Sequence record: SRR33789315_95
Length of the DNA: 29,509 nt
Strand: one strand, 5' to 3'
Below the pieces are notes generated by a model. That model was not told the DNA's origin and did no database searches. It saw nothing but the letters and a program-made list of their open reading frames with translations. Both the position numbers and the translations under genes were made by a program. Numbering within the stretch: the stretch's first letter is position 1; every line of letters begins with the position of its first letter. Below are positions 25,697-29,509 of this stretch, one piece after another.

Positions 25697-26698
25697 TTAG
25701 GTATTATAGGCCCATTTTAAATAAATGGAACCCCAAGTAAATCCGCCACCAAAAGCGGCGAAAATTATATTATCTCCTTTTTTTAGTTGTTTTTCGTAAT
25801 CGCTCATAAGTAGTGGTAATGTTGCTGATGTGGTATTACCGTACTTATGAATATTCATCAAAACTTTATCATCATCAACACCCATTCTGCGAGCGGTTGC
25901 GTCTATTATGCGCTTATTGGCCTGATGTGCAATAAGCCAATTTACATCATCGTGACTTAATGCATTGCGCCTCATAACCTCCTCACTTACATCTGCCATA
26001 TTGGAAACTGCAAATTTAAAGACCGTTTTTCCGTCTTGAAAAACATAATGCTGTTTATTATCTACAGTCTCATGAGATGCGGGTAATAAAGAACCGCCTG
26101 CTTCTATTTTTAGAAATTCGCGCCCTATACCATCTGTTTTTAAAACTTCATCCCGCACACCCAGATTTTCATAATTGGGTTCAAATAAAACTGCACCGCC
26201 GCCATCTCCGAATATAATACAAGTAGCTCGATCTGTATAATCTATTATAGAAGACATTTTATCTGCTCCTATGAGAAGTATTTTTTTATATCTACCCGAT
26301 TCTATATAGGCTGATGCTGTAGACATACCATATAAAAAACTAGAGCAAGCTGCCTGTAGGTCAAACGAAAAAGCGTTTGTAGCTCCTATTGCTGTGGCTA
26401 TATAGGTAGATGTTGCAGCTACTGGCATATCTGGTGTTGCTGTTGCTAAAATCACCAAATCAATTTCTTTTGGGTCTAAACCTTTTTTTTCTAAAAGATT
26501 TTGAGCCGCTTGTATCCCTAAAAAAGAAGTGCCTTTAGTAGGGTCTTTTAAAATTCTTCTTTCTTTGATTCCTGTTCTACTAGTTATCCACTCATCATTA
26601 GTGTCAACCATTGTTTCTAAAATCTGATTAGTAAGTACGAAGTCTGGTACGTACGAACCTACAGCGGTAATGGCTGCCGAAATTTTATTCATATACAT
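25697..26698 (-). CDS. fabH: Beta-ketoacyl-ACP synthase III
   Basis: AACSSF (Cys), HQANKRI (His), GNTTSA (Asn) and FGGGFTWG motifs; the start may be 26692. Confidence 0.97.
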   Translation of the reverse strand: MYMNKISAAITAVGSYVPDFVLTNQILETMVDTNDEWITSRTGIKERRILKDPTKGTSFLGIQAAQNLLEKKGLDPKEIDLVILATATPDMPVAATSTYIATAIGATNAFSFDLQAACSSFLYGMSTASAYIESGRYKKILLIGADKMSSIIDYTDRATCIIFGDGGGAVLFEPNYENLGVRDEVLKTDGIGREFLKIEAGGSLLPASHETVDNKQHYVFQDGKTVFKFAVSNMADVSEEVMRRNALSHDDVNWLIAHQANKRIIDATARRMGVDDDKVLMNIHKYGNTTSATLPLLMSDYEKQLKKGDNIIFAAFGGGFTWGSIYLKWAYNT

Positions 26699-26800
26699 GT
26701 GACTTTGAGCGAAATTGTCCCGTTTTCATCCAAAAATGGTGTGAAAAGTACTAAAAATTGCCCAATTTGAAGCGATAATTAACCTTTTTGGCGATTTTGA

Positions 26801-26832
26801 AAAACAAAAAAACCCCCTTTTAGGGAGTTTTT
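26801..26832 (-). terminator. Intrinsic terminator after rpmF
   Basis: Minus strand reads AAAAACTCCC-taaaa-GGGGGTTTTTTT, with one G:U pair and a long U-run. Confidence 0.7.
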
Positions 26833-26851
26833 CTATTTGTAGAATAATACT

Positions 26852-27052
26852 TTAGGCTACTTCTGCTGTTTCAGGAGCATCAATAACAACTTTACCTTTA
26901 TAATAAAGTTTTCCTTCGTGCCAATGTGCGCGGTGGTATAAATGAGCTTCACCAGTAGTTTGGTCAACACCTATCTTAGGCATTTTTGCCTTGTAGTGCG
27001 TTCTTCTCTTGTCTCTACGCGTTTTTGATATTTTTCTTTTAGGATGTGCCAT
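26852..27052 (-). CDS. rpmF: 50S ribosomal protein L32
   Basis: [19 protein letters not shown]; Cys-free (non-zinc) Bacteroidota type. Confidence 0.97.
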   Translation of the reverse strand: MAHPKRKISKTRRDKRRTHYKAKMPKIGVDQTTGEAHLYHRAHWHEGKLYYKGKVVIDAPETAEVA

Positions 27053-27059
27053 TGCCTAT

Positions 27060-27623
27060 CTATTTGTCTGTTAAAAGTTTTTTTAATTTGTCCCAACGTG
27101 GATCTGTTTCCTTCTCCTCGTCTATTGCTATTCTATTATCTTTTTCTATACTTAATTCTTCTAGTTTATCTAGTATTTCAGATTTTAAACTTCCATCTGC
27201 AACTCCAGGGTGTATACGCTTGCTTGGCATAGCCAAAACAATTAACTCATATATATACTGAGCGATGTTAATTTCATATTCGCCATAAGGAATTATGATT
27301 ATGTCTTCATTGTCATCATTGAACTCTTGTCCAAATTTTACAACTAAATCATAATTAGCCTCTAACGGATAATCAAAAGGCTCGTTTGTAATGTCACAAT
27401 TGACATTTACAAGACCTTTTGCATCAAAATAAAACTCCAACAAGGTTGGTTTTTTATTTAACGTAACGGTAAGATTTACTGCTACCGTATTAAAATCATC
27501 ATATTCAAAAAACTCAAAGAACTTATCGTCTACCTTATACTCAAATGTATGCTCACCTAATTTGAGTCCTACAAATTGAATCGTGTATTCATTTAAATGC
27601 CTCATATCCGTATTCTTAGACAT
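27060..27623 (-). CDS. YceD/DUF177 family protein
   Basis: Lies upstream of rpmF; CD..EP, YIYE...LAMP and DPRWDKLK motifs. Start is ATG 27623 or 27605. Confidence 0.9.
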   Translation of the reverse strand: MSKNTDMRHLNEYTIQFVGLKLGEHTFEYKVDDKFFEFFEYDDFNTVAVNLTVTLNKKPTLLEFYFDAKGLVNVNCDITNEPFDYPLEANYDLVVKFGQEFNDDNEDIIIIPYGEYEINIAQYIYELIVLAMPSKRIHPGVADGSLKSEILDKLEELSIEKDNRIAIDEEKETDPRWDKLKKLLTDK

Positions 27624-27645
27624 CTTCTTCCGCAAAAGGCGGGTG

Positions 27646-27653
27646 CAAAGATA
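27646..27653 (-). promoter_or_regulatory. -7 promoter element for yceD-rpmF
   Basis: TATCTTTG on the minus strand. Confidence 0.6.
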
Positions 27654-27675
27654 TAAATTTTTATTAAGCTGACTA

Positions 27676-28776
27676 TTAACTTGCTAAATTTTTTGAATTA
27701 TTACTTTTATCCCTTGTGTTTCTCTGGGCTGAGGGCCTTGCGGGACGCTGCTTTCTGAGTACATTTTGGGTTAATAAGCTATATTCATCTCTTTTTCGGT
27801 ATATATCTATCGCCTTAAACACCGCTTCTTTAAAAGAATTGGCATCTGCAACGTTCTTTCCTGCTATTTCATAAGCTGTCCCGTGATCTGGTGAAGTTCT
27901 TACATGACTTAGTCCGGCCGTGTAGTTTACTCCATTTCCAAAAGAAAGTGTTTTAAAGGGGATTAAGCCCTGATCATGATAGGCGGCAATAATAGCATCA
28001 AAATTCTTATAGTTTCCGCTACCAAAAAAACTGTCTGCTGCATAAGGACCGTAGGCAATTTTTCCTTCTTGTCTCAACTTTTCAAGGGTTGGTATAAGCA
28101 CCTCATCGTCTTCTTTTCCAATTATGCCATTATCTCCCACGTGGGGATTGATGCCTAAAAAGGCAACTTTGGGCTTTTGAATGCCGAAGTCTTGTACCAA
28201 AGAAGTGTAGATTGTATTAAACTTTGTTTGTATTAATGCTGGAGTAATATGTGACGGAGCATCTTTTACCGGAACGTGATCTGTTAGTAACCCAATACGC
28301 AGATCATCTGTAATCATAAACATCAAGCTATCGCCGTCAAGCTCCTGATTTAGAAAATCTGTATGCCCAGGAAATTTAAAATCATCATCCTGAATATTAG
28401 CCTTATTAATAGGTGCAGTGACCAATACATCAACATCCCCATTCTTAAGAGCCGAAACTGCTGTTCTTAACGATTTAATAGCATATTTTCCAGCCTCTTG
28501 TGTCATTTCCCCAAAGTTTACCGGAACATTCTCATTGGAGATATTTACTACGTTTATTTTACCAGGAAGCACATTACTTGCCTCTTTTACACCTTGAAAT
28601 TTTAATGTGTATCCCAATCGCTTACTCAAAAACGAAATCAATTTTGAATTTGCGAAAATAACGGGCGTACACAATTCTAACATACGCGGATCTTCAAATG
28701 TCTTCAGAATGATCTCGCCTCCTATTCCGTTAATGTCACCTATGCTAATTCCTACTTTTATAACTGCTTCTTCCAT
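27676..28776 (-). CDS. pdxA: 4-hydroxythreonine-4-phosphate dehydrogenase
   Basis: GDINGIGGE, TAPINK, FPGHT, NPH, YHDQGL and RTSPDHGTAY motifs. Confidence 0.95.
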   Translation of the reverse strand: MEEAVIKVGISIGDINGIGGEIILKTFEDPRMLELCTPVIFANSKLISFLSKRLGYTLKFQGVKEASNVLPGKINVVNISNENVPVNFGEMTQEAGKYAIKSLRTAVSALKNGDVDVLVTAPINKANIQDDDFKFPGHTDFLNQELDGDSLMFMITDDLRIGLLTDHVPVKDAPSHITPALIQTKFNTIYTSLVQDFGIQKPKVAFLGINPHVGDNGIIGKEDDEVLIPTLEKLRQEGKIAYGPYAADSFFGSGNYKNFDAIIAAYHDQGLIPFKTLSFGNGVNYTAGLSHVRTSPDHGTAYEIAGKNVADANSFKEAVFKAIDIYRKRDEYSLLTQNVLRKQRPARPSAQRNTRDKSNNSKNLAS

Positions 28777-28812
28777 AATCCTCGTTGCACTTTCTTTCGT
28801 AATTTTACATTA

Positions 28813-28820
28813 CAAAAGTA
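28813..28820 (-). promoter_or_regulatory. -7 promoter element for pdxA (divergent spacer)
   Basis: TACTTTTG on the minus strand in the 62-bp pdxA/riboflavin synthase spacer. Confidence 0.5.
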
Positions 28821-28838
28821 GCTAATTAAAACACTTCT

Positions 28839-29429
28839 ATGTTCACAGGGATTATCGAAGATTTAGGAACCATATCACAATTAGATCGCGAAGGCGAAAA
28901 TTTGCATATTACGGTTGCAAGTAACCTGACTTCAGAGCTTAAAATAGACCAAAGCATTGCCCATAATGGTGTTTGTCTTACCGTAGTGGCTGTGACTGAA
29001 AATAATTATACAGTTACGGCAATAGACGAGACCTTGAATAAAACCAATCTGGGCGAACTCACCGTGGGAGATACTATTAATTTAGAACGCGCTATGATTC
29101 TGGGCACGCGTCTGGATGGCCATATAGTACAAGGACACGTAGATCAAACTGGGATTTGTACACAGCTAGTAGAGAAAGACGGCAGTTGGGAATATACCTT
29201 TTCTTATGATACTGCTATGCATAATGTTACCATAGAAAAAGGATCTATAACCATAAATGGCGTGAGTCTTACCGTGGTAAACTCTCAAAAAAACAGCTTT
29301 AGCGTAGCGATTATTCCGTATACCTATTCACATACTACATTTCACACTATTGACATAGGCGATACCGTAAATTTAGAATTTGATGTAATTGGGAAGTATG
29401 TGAGTAGATTGATGGGGTTGAACAGTTGA
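28839..29429 (+). CDS. ribE: Riboflavin synthase (alpha chain)
   Basis: MFTGII, NGVCLTV, NLER, GHIVQGHVD, KGSITINGVSLTV and VNLEFD motifs. Confidence 0.97.
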   Translation: MFTGIIEDLGTISQLDREGENLHITVASNLTSELKIDQSIAHNGVCLTVVAVTENNYTVTAIDETLNKTNLGELTVGDTINLERAMILGTRLDGHIVQGHVDQTGICTQLVEKDGSWEYTFSYDTAMHNVTIEKGSITINGVSLTVVNSQKNSFSVAIIPYTYSHTTFHTIDIGDTVNLEFDVIGKYVSRLMGLNS

Positions 29430-29509
29430 TCTTACTTTTTACAGCAAAGCCATCTCTGTGCTCTATTAAACAGCTCAGAGCAGTGGGTTTTAGGAAATAA
29501 ATTACACGA

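Noticed and set aside
26699-26851. Absence of plsX between rpmF and fabH
   Set aside because: To my knowledge this is the usual arrangement in Flavobacteriaceae, and there is no remnant in the 153-bp spacer.
8247-28825. Numerous 60-130-aa shadow ORFs inside MATE, recJ, rsmI, tdk, alr, asd, accC, yceD, pdxA and others
   Set aside because: Antisense or off-frame by-products of long conserved genes; no independent evidence.
29430-29509. Possible 3' end of a minus-strand gene, or an imperfect hairpin, after riboflavin synthase
   Set aside because: Only 80 bp are visible, two minus-strand frames are open, and nothing is recognisable.

Overview
Window from a Flavobacteriaceae-like (Bacteroidota) chromosome, judged from TAnnTTTG promoter boxes, lack of Shine-Dalgarno motifs and the rpmF-fabH-accB-accC gene order. 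Bases ~7640-29509 are mostly housekeeping genes: GNAT, MATE, queD, lpxH, recJ, rsmI, tdk, alr, mscL, asd, prolyl oligopeptidase, ABC ATPase, FAD oxidoreductase, accC/accB/fabH/rpmF/yceD/pdxA and riboflavin synthase. This part also holds a lone AT-rich sulfotransferase and a Flavo-1-like structured repeat. Bases 1-7559 are an AT-rich accessory region abutting the 3' end of tRNA-Ala(GGC). It carries (i) a TPR sensor kinase with a NarL-type response regulator, and (ii) two identically built promoters (20-bp palindrome CCTTACGG-N4-CCGTAAGG, 19 bp, TAnnTTTA). The first promoter apparently drives a ~65-nt terminated small RNA. The second drives a tightly packed six-gene operon: Cys/His mini-protein, secreted Cys-rich SH3b protein, TerB-like protein, 4-TM coiled-coil protein, vWA-like lipoprotein and secreted thermonuclease. 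The region also carries (iii) a second candidate small RNA, and (iv) an AbiE-like type IV toxin-antitoxin pair with two 24-bp operators and an apparently decayed nucleotidyltransferase toxin. The two-component system + sRNA + six-gene operon is the best candidate for an undescribed system. All family calls come from motif recognition by eye; no searches were run.
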